This document shows, one piece after another, positions 50,276 through 59,567 of a stretch of DNA of 64,000 nt. The notes beneath the pieces were generated by a model. That model saw only the letters and a list, made by a program, of their open reading frames with translations, did not search any database and was not told where the DNA came from. Position 1 is the first letter of the stretch; every line of letters starts with the position of its first letter. The stretch comes from an uncultured Myxococcales bacterium (GTDB lineage: Bacteria > Myxococcota > UBA4151): NCBI GenBank assembly GCA_964013405.1, contig CAXGWI010000007.1, positions 1-64,000 of the forward strand, given 5' to 3'. The translations under genes were made by a program, and so were the position numbers.

Positions 50276-51379
50276 ATGTCCCCGCGCAACCGGAGAGTAC
50301 TTTTGCGTTACGCTTGGCTATTGGCCCTGTTGAACGTCGCCTGCCTGCCGACCCCACCACCGCCACCGGGCAGTGATGCGGGCCAAGGTGGTCCCGTTGA
50401 CGCCGGTTGGCCTGAAGCGGGGCCGGCCCGGGACGCAGGTATCGCCGACGTGGCACAGCAAGATGCGGCACCCCTTTGTGGCCCCCAAACGGTCCTCTTC
50501 GGCCCCGAATGCCCGGAAGAAGGCTGTCGCTATGGCGACTCCTGCGGTGAGACGGGCTGTGGCACCTTCCTCTGTGCCCAAGATGGGACGCTGCAATGCT
50601 TTTACGACGAGGCAAACCTGTGCGGCGGCTGTGGTGAAGTCGACACGAGTGCCGGTATGCCAGGCGCGGTCTGCGGCGAGTACAGTTGCGGCAGCATCGT
50701 CTGCAACGCCGATCAGGATGCGACGCTCTGCGTGGGAGACCACCCACTGAACATTTGCGGCGGCTGCTCGCTGCAGATCGACCCCGTTGGCCTGCCCTGT
50801 ATCGACGATCTCGATTGCGGCGAAAATAGCGCCTGCGTCCAAGATCCCAATGCGCCCCTCGCAGGTCGATTTTGTGCACCGGGAGGCCCTTGCTCTAGCC
50901 AGTTCGATCAATGCGGCACCGGTGAGACCCGCTGTAGCCGGGATGGTGAACGCTTTATTTGCTTCCGGGGACGCGCGCCAACGTCCTGCGGTGGCTGCGA
51001 CCGCTGTATCCTCTACCAAGCGGAAATGGATCAGCGCTTTGGCGGCAACTATATTCGAATCGGCACCCGGGCCATCATTGAGAATGTTCAGCGGAGCCCC
51101 AGTCGGAATGTGCTCGTCTTTGACCCCCTTCGTCTTGGCGAGGGTGCCGACGCCCTCCCCAATGCGACGGTCTACATCCTTAATGAAGAGCGCCAGGGCT
51201 TTGTCCTGGGCACCTTCGCTCGGGCCGCAGACGGGCGCCTGCCCGATTACATCGAAAGTTACGAGGTCCCGGACAATGACTTCAGTCAAGGAACGTGGTT
51301 CGTTTCCATCCACGACAGTATTCTGGGGATGATCAGCCAAGGGCGCTTGGTGGTCGAAGAAGGTCCTCAAGACCCCTGA
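50276..51379 (+). CDS. Cys-rich lipoprotein with CGGC repeats and possible DM13-like C-terminal domain
   Basis: Lipobox NVAC, four DAG/DAA motifs, NLCGGC/NICGGC/TSCGGC repeats. Confidence 0.78.
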   Translation: MSPRNRRVLLRYAWLLALLNVACLPTPPPPPGSDAGQGGPVDAGWPEAGPARDAGIADVAQQDAAPLCGPQTVLFGPECPEEGCRYGDSCGETGCGTFLCAQDGTLQCFYDEANLCGGCGEVDTSAGMPGAVCGEYSCGSIVCNADQDATLCVGDHPLNICGGCSLQIDPVGLPCIDDLDCGENSACVQDPNAPLAGRFCAPGGPCSSQFDQCGTGETRCSRDGERFICFRGRAPTSCGGCDRCILYQAEMDQRFGGNYIRIGTRAIIENVQRSPSRNVLVFDPLRLGEGADALPNATVYILNEERQGFVLGTFARAADGRLPDYIESYEVPDNDFSQGTWFVSIHDSILGMISQGRLVVEEGPQDP

Positions 51380-51444
51380 ATCGCCCATTGCGCCGACATG
51401 GCTGCTTATGGCAGGCAGAATTGCCGAACCGTTAAGGAGTTAGA

Positions 51445-51768
51445 ATGGGCCGCATCGGGTTCTTCTGCCTCGCAATGTCATTGATGGGCTGTGGGCCGGT
51501 CATTGCGACCAGTAACATCATCCAGGCTGATGCTGCCCTAGAAGAGGCCAGACTCCTCAACGCCCAGACCTATGCCCCCTACTGGTTTCATAGTGCGACA
51601 ATCTACCTCAAGAAGGCCCGTAGCCTTGATGGCAAAAGCGAATATCAACACGCTTCCAACTATGCGGGGATTGCGCTGAGCCGAGCACAAAAGGCGCTGG
51701 AACTGACCCGCCGTAAGATCCGGAGCACTCCGGTCGGCGCGGTCGGCGGCGAGGGGATAGGTTTTTGA
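51445..51768 (+). CDS. DUF4398-like small lipoprotein
   Basis: Lipobox LMGC; ADAALEEARLLNAQTYAPYWFHSA..YL.KA helical hairpin; AAGGAG RBS. Confidence 0.78.
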   Translation: MGRIGFFCLAMSLMGCGPVIATSNIIQADAALEEARLLNAQTYAPYWFHSATIYLKKARSLDGKSEYQHASNYAGIALSRAQKALELTRRKIRSTPVGAVGGEGIGF

Positions 51769-53615
51769 AGCACTTGAAACTGCTCATCGGGGCGCTTTCC
51801 CTGGCTGCATGTGCCATGCCGTCACCCTACCGCGCGACCGGGGTTGTCGAGGTGGACGAACCTGTCGACCGGGTGCTCAATCACCTTCGCCCCATCGAAC
51901 AGATGGAAGAAGCGATTTGCTCCCTCCACGACTTTCGCGACCAGGCAGCCCGACTCCAAGGCGTGATCACCCTCAAAGGCAAGAAGATCAACCTCAACAC
52001 CGACAAGGCGGCGAAGCTACCGCCGGTTCTTCGGGTGAGCGTGAGCAAGATGGATCAGGGGATCGATGCAGTCGGCAAGGCCCGTCAGGAACTGAGCCAG
52101 CTACAACAAAGCATCGATGGCCTGGTGAAGAAGTACCAAAAGAGCAGCGATGCGGCGGTGCAAGCACGCCTGAAGCTGGCCACCGACGAACTCGACAGTG
52201 TGGGCCCTCGCCTCAAGGAACTCGCCCGGGAGTCGGCCAACCTGCTTGCTCAGGTCGAGCGGGGTATCCTTTGGCCCAAGCCACGCCTTTGCCAAGCTGT
52301 CGAAACCCGAAGAGCAGCCCAATTGGTTGCCATGCAGGGTGCGGATGAGAGCGGTAGCGTCAGTCGGGTTCTTGCCCGAATCAAAGCCTACGAGGAACGC
52401 TTAGAACAAGCCCGACAAATGAACGCCGACCGCTGTGCGCCCAAGCACCTCGCGGAGGCGGAGGCCTATGCGGATTTTGCCCGCCTCGAGATCCGTCTGG
52501 GGAACTGGTTCAAGGCCCAGGAAGCAGCCAAGGCCGCCGGCGTGGCTGCCATTCGAACCCTTGAAGAAGCACGCCCGTGTGCGCCCAAGCCGAAGAAGCC
52601 AAAGCTGCCTGCCGTGGTGGAAAAGAAGGACAGCGACAACGACGGTATCGTGGACCTAGAGGACAAGTGTCCCGACCTTCCCGGTCTATCCAAGTACGAG
52701 GGCTGTCCACCGCCTGATCGAGATGGTGATGGCTTCCTTGACGAAGAGGACAAATGCCCAGAGCAGCCTGAAGACTTCGATGGTAATCAGGATACCGACG
52801 GCTGTCCCGAACAAGAGGATACCGACTCGGATAACGATGGCATCCTTGATGCCGATGACAAATGCCCAACCGATCCAGAAGATCGAGATGGGTTTGAAGA
52901 GACGGATGGCTGCCCGGACCGAGACAACGATAGCGATGGTGTCCTCGATGCGGACGACCACTGCCCGGGCTCAGACGGTGCCATCGGTCCCGACGTCCAA
53001 GAAGATCGAGACGGCTATCAAGACACCGATGGCTGCCCCGATCCCGACAACGACGGTGACGGCATTCCTGACGACAGGGATCAATGTAAGAACGACAAGG
53101 AAGACATCGACCAGTTCCAGGATGAGGATGGCTGCCCCGAGCGCGATAATGACCAAGACGGCGTGCCCGATGAGAAGGATAAGTGCCCCACTGAGAAGGA
53201 GGTCATCAACGGCGTTAATGATGACGATGGCTGCCCGGACAAGAAGTACACGCTCATTAAAGTCACCAAAGAAGCCATTAAGATCACCCAGAAAATCCAG
53301 TTTGCGAGTGGGAAGGCGAAGATCAAAAAGGTGAGTCATCCCATCCTCGACGAGGTGGCCGATGCCATCGTGACCCACCGCATTCAGAAGATTTTGGTCG
53401 AAGGCCACACCGATGACGTCGGCCGGGACTCCTACAACTTGCGCCTCAGTCAAAAGCGCGCCGATGCCGTCAGAAACTACCTCATTCGCAAGGGTGTCAA
53501 AGCGGAGCGCTTGGATGCGATCGGCTTCGGTGAGACCCGACCCTTGGTGAAGGGCAAGAGTCGCAAGGCTCGGGCCACGAATCGCCGCGTTGAGTTCAAG
53601 ATTATCGAACGCTGA
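51765..53615 (+). CDS. lipoprotein with coiled-coil/DUF4398-like region, six thrombospondin type-3-like repeats and an OmpA C-terminal domain
   Basis: Lipobox LAAC; DxDxDGxxDxxDxCP repeats; EGHTDD...NLRLSQKRA...NRRVEF. Confidence 0.92.
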   Translation: MKHLKLLIGALSLAACAMPSPYRATGVVEVDEPVDRVLNHLRPIEQMEEAICSLHDFRDQAARLQGVITLKGKKINLNTDKAAKLPPVLRVSVSKMDQGIDAVGKARQELSQLQQSIDGLVKKYQKSSDAAVQARLKLATDELDSVGPRLKELARESANLLAQVERGILWPKPRLCQAVETRRAAQLVAMQGADESGSVSRVLARIKAYEERLEQARQMNADRCAPKHLAEAEAYADFARLEIRLGNWFKAQEAAKAAGVAAIRTLEEARPCAPKPKKPKLPAVVEKKDSDNDGIVDLEDKCPDLPGLSKYEGCPPPDRDGDGFLDEEDKCPEQPEDFDGNQDTDGCPEQEDTDSDNDGILDADDKCPTDPEDRDGFEETDGCPDRDNDSDGVLDADDHCPGSDGAIGPDVQEDRDGYQDTDGCPDPDNDGDGIPDDRDQCKNDKEDIDQFQDEDGCPERDNDQDGVPDEKDKCPTEKEVINGVNDDDGCPDKKYTLIKVTKEAIKITQKIQFASGKAKIKKVSHPILDEVADAIVTHRIQKILVEGHTDDVGRDSYNLRLSQKRADAVRNYLIRKGVKAERLDAIGFGETRPLVKGKSRKARATNRRVEFKIIER

Positions 53616-56097
53616 TCCGGGACCCCGTCGGCTCGCCTGGGCTCTGCTTCTGCTTCTGGCGGGCCTGACCGGCGGCCTGTTTTTGCCCGCGGCCGCGAGC
53701 ATCAACTTCGACTTCAGCGTCGATCGGCTTTTCCACTCCGATTCCCCGGAGATAGAACAGGCGAGACAGGCTGATGCCGTCTTCCCGCCCAGCGACCGGG
53801 AATTCATGGTGGTCGTCCAGCGTAAGCAAGGCTGGTTCGACAAGGCGGGCCTGCAGGCCTTCGCTGATCTGCATCAACGCCTTGAGGCCATTCCCATTAA
53901 GGAGACCGATCGAGGGCAAACACAGAGCTCATCGTGTCGAGACGAAGCCACCTGGCGGGGGCCGCCAGCGCAAGCTCTAGAGCGCTTCGCGAGTATTCGC
54001 CAGGTCCAACTGGTGGAAGGCGAGGGCGAACAGGCCGTATTGAAGCGAGCCTGGCCCGAAGACGGCCCAGCCCCCGACCCGGCCGACTTTAAGACTCGCC
54101 TCCTCAACGATCGCCTGACCACGGGCAAGCTCCTCAGCCTGGACGGCGACACCCTGCTCATCAAAGCCCAGCTGGTCTGCGGCATCCACGAGGGGGAGAT
54201 TCGACTCGACTATCTGGATGCGATTCGGGCCGAGACAGCGGCCTGGCAGGACCCCCTTGATGGCGCCCGTGTCATCCTTTCTGGGCTCCCCTTTATTCAA
54301 GATGAAGTGATCGACTCCCTCCGGGGGGATTTTATCACCCTGCAGCCCTTGACGGTCATCGTCATGGTGAGCCTCCTCGTCCTCGCATTTGGTAGTTTGC
54401 GGGCAGCGATGATGCCCTTCCTTGCAACACTCTTCGGTTGCATTTGGTGCTTGGGCCTCATGGCCCTGGCCGGCGAAGCGATCAACGTGGTCAATTTCGC
54501 CATCACTGTGGTGATCCTGGTCATCGGCGCCGGTGATGGGATCCACATCGTCGCGCGCTACCAAGAAGAGTTGGAGGCAGAAACAGACCCCTGGCTGGCC
54601 ATGAAGGCGACCCTCAAACCCATGTTTCTCGCCTGTGGGCTGACGACGGCCACGACGCTCATCGGCTTCCTCTCCCTGCGTCTCGCTAAAGTGGAGATGA
54701 TCAAGTCCTTTGGCCTGTGGGCCGCAGTCGGTGTCGGCGTGACGTGGGTCTTTACGATGATCATGATCCCTTCGCTCATGCTGCTCATCGGGGTGGGAAA
54801 ACCCCAACGAAGTGGCCTGGGGCGCTGGCTGGAAGACCACTGGCTGCCCAAACTCGCCCACTGGGTCTTGCTTCGCCGCAAGATCCTCATCGGGGTCAGC
54901 CTCACAGCCCTCGTCGGCGGTCTCTTGACCGCCAGTCAATTGACCCCCTTCTCCAGGGCATTAGAGGAGTTTCCCCACGATCACCCGGCCCGGGCCAACC
55001 TCCAAACGGTCGAAGACGAACTCACCGGCGTTCTTCCCTTCATCATTACGGTTGAAGGGCCTCGGGATAAGGTCTTGGCCCCAGCGACCCTGGAGACCAT
55101 CGCGGCCATCCAAAATGAGTTGGAGACCAAGGAAGCTGGCCTGAGCACTTTTGCGCTCACAGATCTTGTGTCTGCCCTCCACAGCCATTGGGTCGATGGT
55201 CGCCAGGGCGAACGCCAAGATCTCCCGGAGCGGGCCGATCAACTGGCGGCCCTCTTGGCGACCCTTAAACTCTCCGACAACGCTGACCTCATTCTCTCAC
55301 CCCTGCTTTACGACCCCCACCCGCCCAAGGCCGTGCTTGGCCCCGAAGGCAGCGTCGATGGCGAAGAGGAGATCATGGGTTTTGAAGAGGATGATGGCTT
55401 TGACGAGCCCAGCCCCGAGGCGACCAAGGCAGCCGCGCCGGGACCGGCCCGGGCGACCTTGCGGATCAATGGCTTAAAGCACGACTCCGGTTCAACCCAG
55501 TGGCGCCGTGTCGTCCCCTGGCTCCAGGAGCGCCTCAAGTCGCTGCCCCCGGGTGTGAGCGCACAAATCGGCGGCTCTGCGACCATCGTCAATCAAGCCA
55601 TCCACTTCATTGTGACCGACCTGCTCACCAGTCTGCTCTTTGCCTTTGCACTCATCACCCTCCTGATGGGCTTGCTGATGCGCTCCGCTCGAGTGGGCTT
55701 GGCAGCCATGGTTCCCAATGTGATCCCCCTGGTACTCACGATGGCCGTCATGGTGGTCGCCGGCATTCATCTGCGTATTTCGACGGTCATCACCTTTGCC
55801 ATGTGCATGGGCATCGTCGTCGATGACTCGATTCACTTCCTCGTCCGTTGGCGGGAGGAGCAAGGCCGGAGTACGAACGATGAGGAAGGCATGATCCAAA
55901 CCATCCGATTCGCTGGAAGGCCAGTCATCTTCACCACCGTCATGCTGGCAACAGGCTTTGCCGTGCTCATCACAAGCACCTTCCGGGGGCTCCATGATTT
56001 CGGTGTCCTTGCAGTCATCACCATTGCCCTTGCGCTGGTGGCCGACCTCCTGATTCTGCCGGCCTTGCTCCTGGGCGCGAAACGACGACCCCAGTGA
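53590..56097 (+). CDS. MMPL/RND-family transporter
   Basis: Two repeats of 1+5 TM helices with large periplasmic loops; GAGDGIH and GIVVDDSIHF motifs. Confidence 0.9.
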   Translation: MSSRLSNADPGPRRLAWALLLLLAGLTGGLFLPAAASINFDFSVDRLFHSDSPEIEQARQADAVFPPSDREFMVVVQRKQGWFDKAGLQAFADLHQRLEAIPIKETDRGQTQSSSCRDEATWRGPPAQALERFASIRQVQLVEGEGEQAVLKRAWPEDGPAPDPADFKTRLLNDRLTTGKLLSLDGDTLLIKAQLVCGIHEGEIRLDYLDAIRAETAAWQDPLDGARVILSGLPFIQDEVIDSLRGDFITLQPLTVIVMVSLLVLAFGSLRAAMMPFLATLFGCIWCLGLMALAGEAINVVNFAITVVILVIGAGDGIHIVARYQEELEAETDPWLAMKATLKPMFLACGLTTATTLIGFLSLRLAKVEMIKSFGLWAAVGVGVTWVFTMIMIPSLMLLIGVGKPQRSGLGRWLEDHWLPKLAHWVLLRRKILIGVSLTALVGGLLTASQLTPFSRALEEFPHDHPARANLQTVEDELTGVLPFIITVEGPRDKVLAPATLETIAAIQNELETKEAGLSTFALTDLVSALHSHWVDGRQGERQDLPERADQLAALLATLKLSDNADLILSPLLYDPHPPKAVLGPEGSVDGEEEIMGFEEDDGFDEPSPEATKAAAPGPARATLRINGLKHDSGSTQWRRVVPWLQERLKSLPPGVSAQIGGSATIVNQAIHFIVTDLLTSLLFAFALITLLMGLLMRSARVGLAAMVPNVIPLVLTMAVMVVAGIHLRISTVITFAMCMGIVVDDSIHFLVRWREEQGRSTNDEEGMIQTIRFAGRPVIFTTVMLATGFAVLITSTFRGLHDFGVLAVITIALALVADLLILPALLLGAKRRPQ

Positions 56098-56465
56098 GCA
56101 TCCGACTGCTCATTCTGGGACTCTTCATCAGCGGCTGTCCGTCGGCCGGGCCAAACCCAGAGACCATCGCACAGCAATTCTTAACCCATCTGAGTCGAAG
56201 TGAGGGAGCCCAGGCCCATGGCCTGCTTTGCAAGAGGGACCAGGCGATGCTCGCGGCCCTCTCGAGCCGGCTTGGCAGCGACCCGATCAAGAGCTTGAGT
56301 GCACTTCAGTTGCGGGCCGGAGCGACCTTTCAGGTGCAGCCCGGCAAAGTCACCGCCGATTCAGCGGAGGTGCACGTCCTGGCCACGGGGGATATGAGCT
56401 TTTCCCTGCACCTTAGCCCTCAGGCTTCCTCTTGGTGCCTGCATCTCCCCCACCTGGACCCCTAA
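56094..56465 (+). CDS. small hypothetical lipoprotein
   Basis: Lipobox ISGC; GTGA overlap with the MMPL gene. Confidence 0.65.
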   Translation: MSIRLLILGLFISGCPSAGPNPETIAQQFLTHLSRSEGAQAHGLLCKRDQAMLAALSSRLGSDPIKSLSALQLRAGATFQVQPGKVTADSAEVHVLATGDMSFSLHLSPQASSWCLHLPHLDP

Positions 56466-57550
56466 GGAGTGGAGCAGGTCCCGTCAGGCTGGCACATACC
56501 GCCGCCCATCAAGAGGCAGATCAACTGTCCGCCGATGAGGTCGGCTGGGTCGCAGCGAGGCATGCACAGGCTTTGACCACCGAGCTGAAGGCATTGCTGG
56601 TCGGCCGCACAGTCGCTGTGGTCATTGCACTGGGGAACACCCATGCCTGGCGGCATCCCGCCACCACCGCCATCACCGCCCACGCACTGGCCGGTTTGGG
56701 GATTACAGAATTCACCTTGGGGGCAGTCCTCCTGGCCACGACATGCGCCGTCACCGCCTTCGCACTGCCCGGCGTTGCAGGTGCCACCACCGGGGCAGTC
56801 CGCATCCTCCTCGCATTGACCTTCTGGCATCCGGCAGGACTCCGAGATGCACTGGCGGGGAGCTGGGCACTCCGCATCGGAGGTGCAATCAACGCAGCGA
56901 CCAATCGTGCGCCCCTCGGCGATGTTGCAAGTCCCCTCACAGACGGAGTCATCACGGCACGCGCCGGGCGGGAGCGGGTTACACGTCCCATCCCGACGGT
57001 TGCAGAAACTGTCCATGGGGCAGTCGGCTTCGCTTTGGCAGTCGCCCTGCCCACCCTCGTCTTCGCAAACGCCGTTGAAGCAGCGCTCTCCTGCGGCACA
57101 GTCACCGGCGTCGCGGCATTCCGGCGTGCTGGCGTCCTCGCACTGACCCCCCACACAAATCTGGTCGCCCGAGCAGTCATTGTCACCGCGGCAACGCCCA
57201 TCGTTCGGCTCACCGGTGCAGCGCCCCTGCTCGCAGCTCTGACCGGCCCGGCAATCGGCTTCGCTCGTGCATTCAGGAACCTCGATCTCACAGTTCCCGT
57301 TACGGCAGACCTCATCGGCGGCGCAGTCTCCATCGCCACCACAGGCCGGCTGAACACCACCATCGTTTGTCCCTGGACCGGCATCACCGCCCGTACCCGC
57401 CTCGATGCACGATGCATTGAAACAGACAAATCCAGTGGAGCAGTCGGCATCTCGACTACAGGTCGACACGCCGTCTTCACTGCCGTTACAGGCAACGAAA
57501 AAGCCGGCAGTGACGGCGAACAGAAGGGGAAGATAAAGTTGAGACCTCAT
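56462..57550 (-). CDS. Cys-rich tandem-repeat lipoprotein
   Basis: Lipobox FVAC; about ten C-x(4)-[DE]-C-x(4)-C-x(4-6)-C modules; GGAG RBS. Confidence 0.85.
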   Translation of the reverse strand: MRSQLYLPLLFAVTAGFFVACNGSEDGVSTCSRDADCSTGFVCFNASCIEAGTGGDAGPGTNDGGVQPACGGDGDCAADEVCRNGNCEIEVPECTSEADCRAGQSCEQGRCTGEPNDGRCRGDNDCSGDQICVGGQCEDASTPECRDAGDCAAGERCFNGVCEDEGGQGDCQSEADCPMDSFCNRRDGTCNPLPPGACRDDSVCEGTCNIAEGRTIGRCVDCTSDAECPAPRQCISESCRMPEGQCEEDADCPGGGTCNAGQCEGGDGACRGQEDCPQGEFCNPQTGQCVGGDGGGGGMPPGMGVPQCNDHSDCAADQQCLQLGGQSLCMPRCDPADLIGGQLICLLMGGGMCQPDGTCSTP

Positions 57551-57575
57551 AACGCGCTCCTATGCCGCCGCCTGT

Positions 57576-58916
57576 CTAAGGCAAGCAGAGATTAACCAGC
57601 GCCGCTGGCGGTCCCTCCAAAAAGTTCGTCAGGCAAACAGACGTTCCTGAGCATTCGGAATGACCACAGCAGCTATCAAGGCAAAAGCCCTGATCCTCGC
57701 CCTGGGGTACGAGACAGCGTGCACTACGACAATCGGTCGGTTGTCGGCAGGAGGCCCCGGCCTGGGCCCGACCCGGCTGGGTTCCCCCCTGAGTCGGAAG
57801 ACAAATGGTGGCCATACGAGTGGTCTCAGCGTCGAGCGCAAAGGACTGTAGGGAACAGACCTCACCACCGGGACAGTCACTGCTATTGCAACAGATCGAG
57901 CGACAAACATTCTCGATGCAGGCACCACTGACACACTCGTCATGCCCCATACAAAAGGAGCCAGGGCCACTGCGCCCAGGCCGACCACCAAACTCACCGG
58001 GCTCAGCGCACAGATCGACCATAAAGGACGTGCCATCCTCTCGCATGCCCTGGAAAAGGTGACAGTTCTGACCCGCCTGACAGTGATTATCCCGTGAGCA
58101 GTTGCTGCGGCAGGTGGTCTGGATTTGGCCCAAACAAAGAAGGCTCTGACAGACCCGGGCCGCATTCTCCTGAACACATTGATCGCCAGTCCTCAGGTCT
58201 GCCGTGGCCGCCGGCTGAAGCAGCCGGTCGTCGAGACAGATCCGGCCGCCGGCCAGGTTGTAGCAAAAGTAGCCGGAAGGGCAGTCATCTCCCCGCCCAC
58301 AGGCTTGGGTACAGATGGTGTCCGTATCGGTGACCCGTAGGCAGGTCTCACCGCTGCCGCACTCCTGCTCATCACCACAATCCTCACCCAGACGACTCGG
58401 AAGACGGACGCAGTTGCCGTCCTGGCAACTCAGGCTCGCAGGACAATCCTGACGATCCACACAGTCCCCATCGGGCAGGCCAATACAGCGGCCGTCCTCA
58501 CATCGTTCACCGGCGCCACAGTCACCATCGCCCACACAGCCCGAGCCGCCGCCACCGCCACCGCAGGTTCCAATGGAGCGTCCCTCAGCGATCTCGCAAC
58601 GTTCGTCCGCTCGACACTGAGCATCTGTTCGGCAGCCTGGTGGCTCTAAGTCACGGCACTCGGCCGTTCCCAGGTAGCAATACTGATGGTCTGGACAGTC
58701 GGCGGTCACACGGCAATGAACGGGGCCACCGCCACCGCCACCGCCACCGCCACCGCCACCGGCATCAGCCTGGCGACTGAAGTCTTCGATGCAAGCTGCA
58801 TTGTGGCAGATCATACCGGGCGCACAATCGGCAGAAGTCGAGCACTGACCACTCTCAGAACCGACACAAGCACCGGTCCAAAGAAACAAGCCAATGATCA
58901 AGAATCGACAGTACAT
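57576..58916 (-). CDS. Cys-rich tandem-repeat lipoprotein with poly-Gly linker
   Basis: Start moved to ATG 58916; lipobox TGAC; many CxxxxDC repeats. Confidence 0.85.
   Translation of the reverse strand: MYCRFLIIGLFLWTGACVGSESGQCSTSADCAPGMICHNAACIEDFSRQADAGGGGGGGGGGGGPVHCRVTADCPDHQYCYLGTAECRDLEPPGCRTDAQCRADERCEIAEGRSIGTCGGGGGGSGCVGDGDCGAGERCEDGRCIGLPDGDCVDRQDCPASLSCQDGNCVRLPSRLGEDCGDEQECGSGETCLRVTDTDTICTQACGRGDDCPSGYFCYNLAGGRICLDDRLLQPAATADLRTGDQCVQENAARVCQSLLCLGQIQTTCRSNCSRDNHCQAGQNCHLFQGMREDGTSFMVDLCAEPGEFGGRPGRSGPGSFCMGHDECVSGACIENVCRSICCNSSDCPGGEVCSLQSFALDAETTRMATICLPTQGGTQPGRAQAGASCRQPTDCRSARCLVPQGEDQGFCLDSCCGHSECSGTSVCLTNFLEGPPAALVNLCLP
58725..58760. repeat. (GCCACC)6 hexanucleotide microsatellite encoding Gly12
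   Basis: Six perfect GCCACC units (GGTGGC on the coding strand). Confidence 0.9.
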
Positions 58917-58979
58917 GACCGGGCCAAACCCCTCTCGAATGGTTCGTAGTCTACACGCATATGCGCCGGCGCGCACCCG

Positions 58980-59567
58980 TCAGTCTCCCCGCCGGCGAGG
59001 GGACCAAAGCTGGGCGGTGTCGCCTGTCGCATGGAGCACCCACCTAGAGACTGCAAAAAGGAAGTCTGAAAGGCGATTGAGGTAGATCACAGGGAGCGTT
59101 CGAAGCGCTTCTTCGCGCCCCAAAGCCACCGTCAAACGCTCCGCCCGACGGCACACGGTCCGGGCCTGATGCAAATGGGCATTCACGTAACTGCCACCGG
59201 GAAGAAGAAAACTGGTCAAGGGCTCTAGGGGGCTGAGGGCCTCCTCGATCCATGACTCAAGCTGTTCCACATCGGCCATCTCAAGACTTCCGCCGGCCCC
59301 AGGCCGACCGTCGGCCAGTTCAGCCCCCAAATCGAAGAGTCGTTGCTGGATGAGGCGCAACTGGCCCTGCCATGCTCCCGCCGGTGCGCCGGGGCATTCA
59401 AGACAGAGCCCGAGCAAGGCGTTAAGTTCGTCAACGGTGCCATAGGTCTCGATCCGAAGATGGTCCTTGGGGACCCTTATTCCGCCGATGAGCGAGGTGT
59501 CTCCAGCATCACCGCCTCGGGTCACGAGTTGATCGAGTTTAACGACGACCTTGTTGTCCTTTGTCAT
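58980..59567 (-). CDS. ATP:cob(I)alamin adenosyltransferase, PduO type
   Basis: TRGGDAGDTSL, YGTVDELN, FDLGAEL, FLLPGG, ARTVCRRAER, YLNRLSD; ATGA overlap with nadE. Confidence 0.95.
   Translation of the reverse strand: MTKDNKVVVKLDQLVTRGGDAGDTSLIGGIRVPKDHLRIETYGTVDELNALLGLCLECPGAPAGAWQGQLRLIQQRLFDLGAELADGRPGAGGSLEMADVEQLESWIEEALSPLEPLTSFLLPGGSYVNAHLHQARTVCRRAERLTVALGREEALRTLPVIYLNRLSDFLFAVSRWVLHATGDTAQLWSPRRRGD

Noticed and set aside
50276..53615. TraA/TraB outer-membrane-exchange locus
   Set aside because: The TSP3-OmpA protein is a helical lipoprotein with no recognisable N-terminal beta-barrel, and the Cys-rich protein lacks a MYXO-CTERM tail and a PA14-like N-terminal domain.
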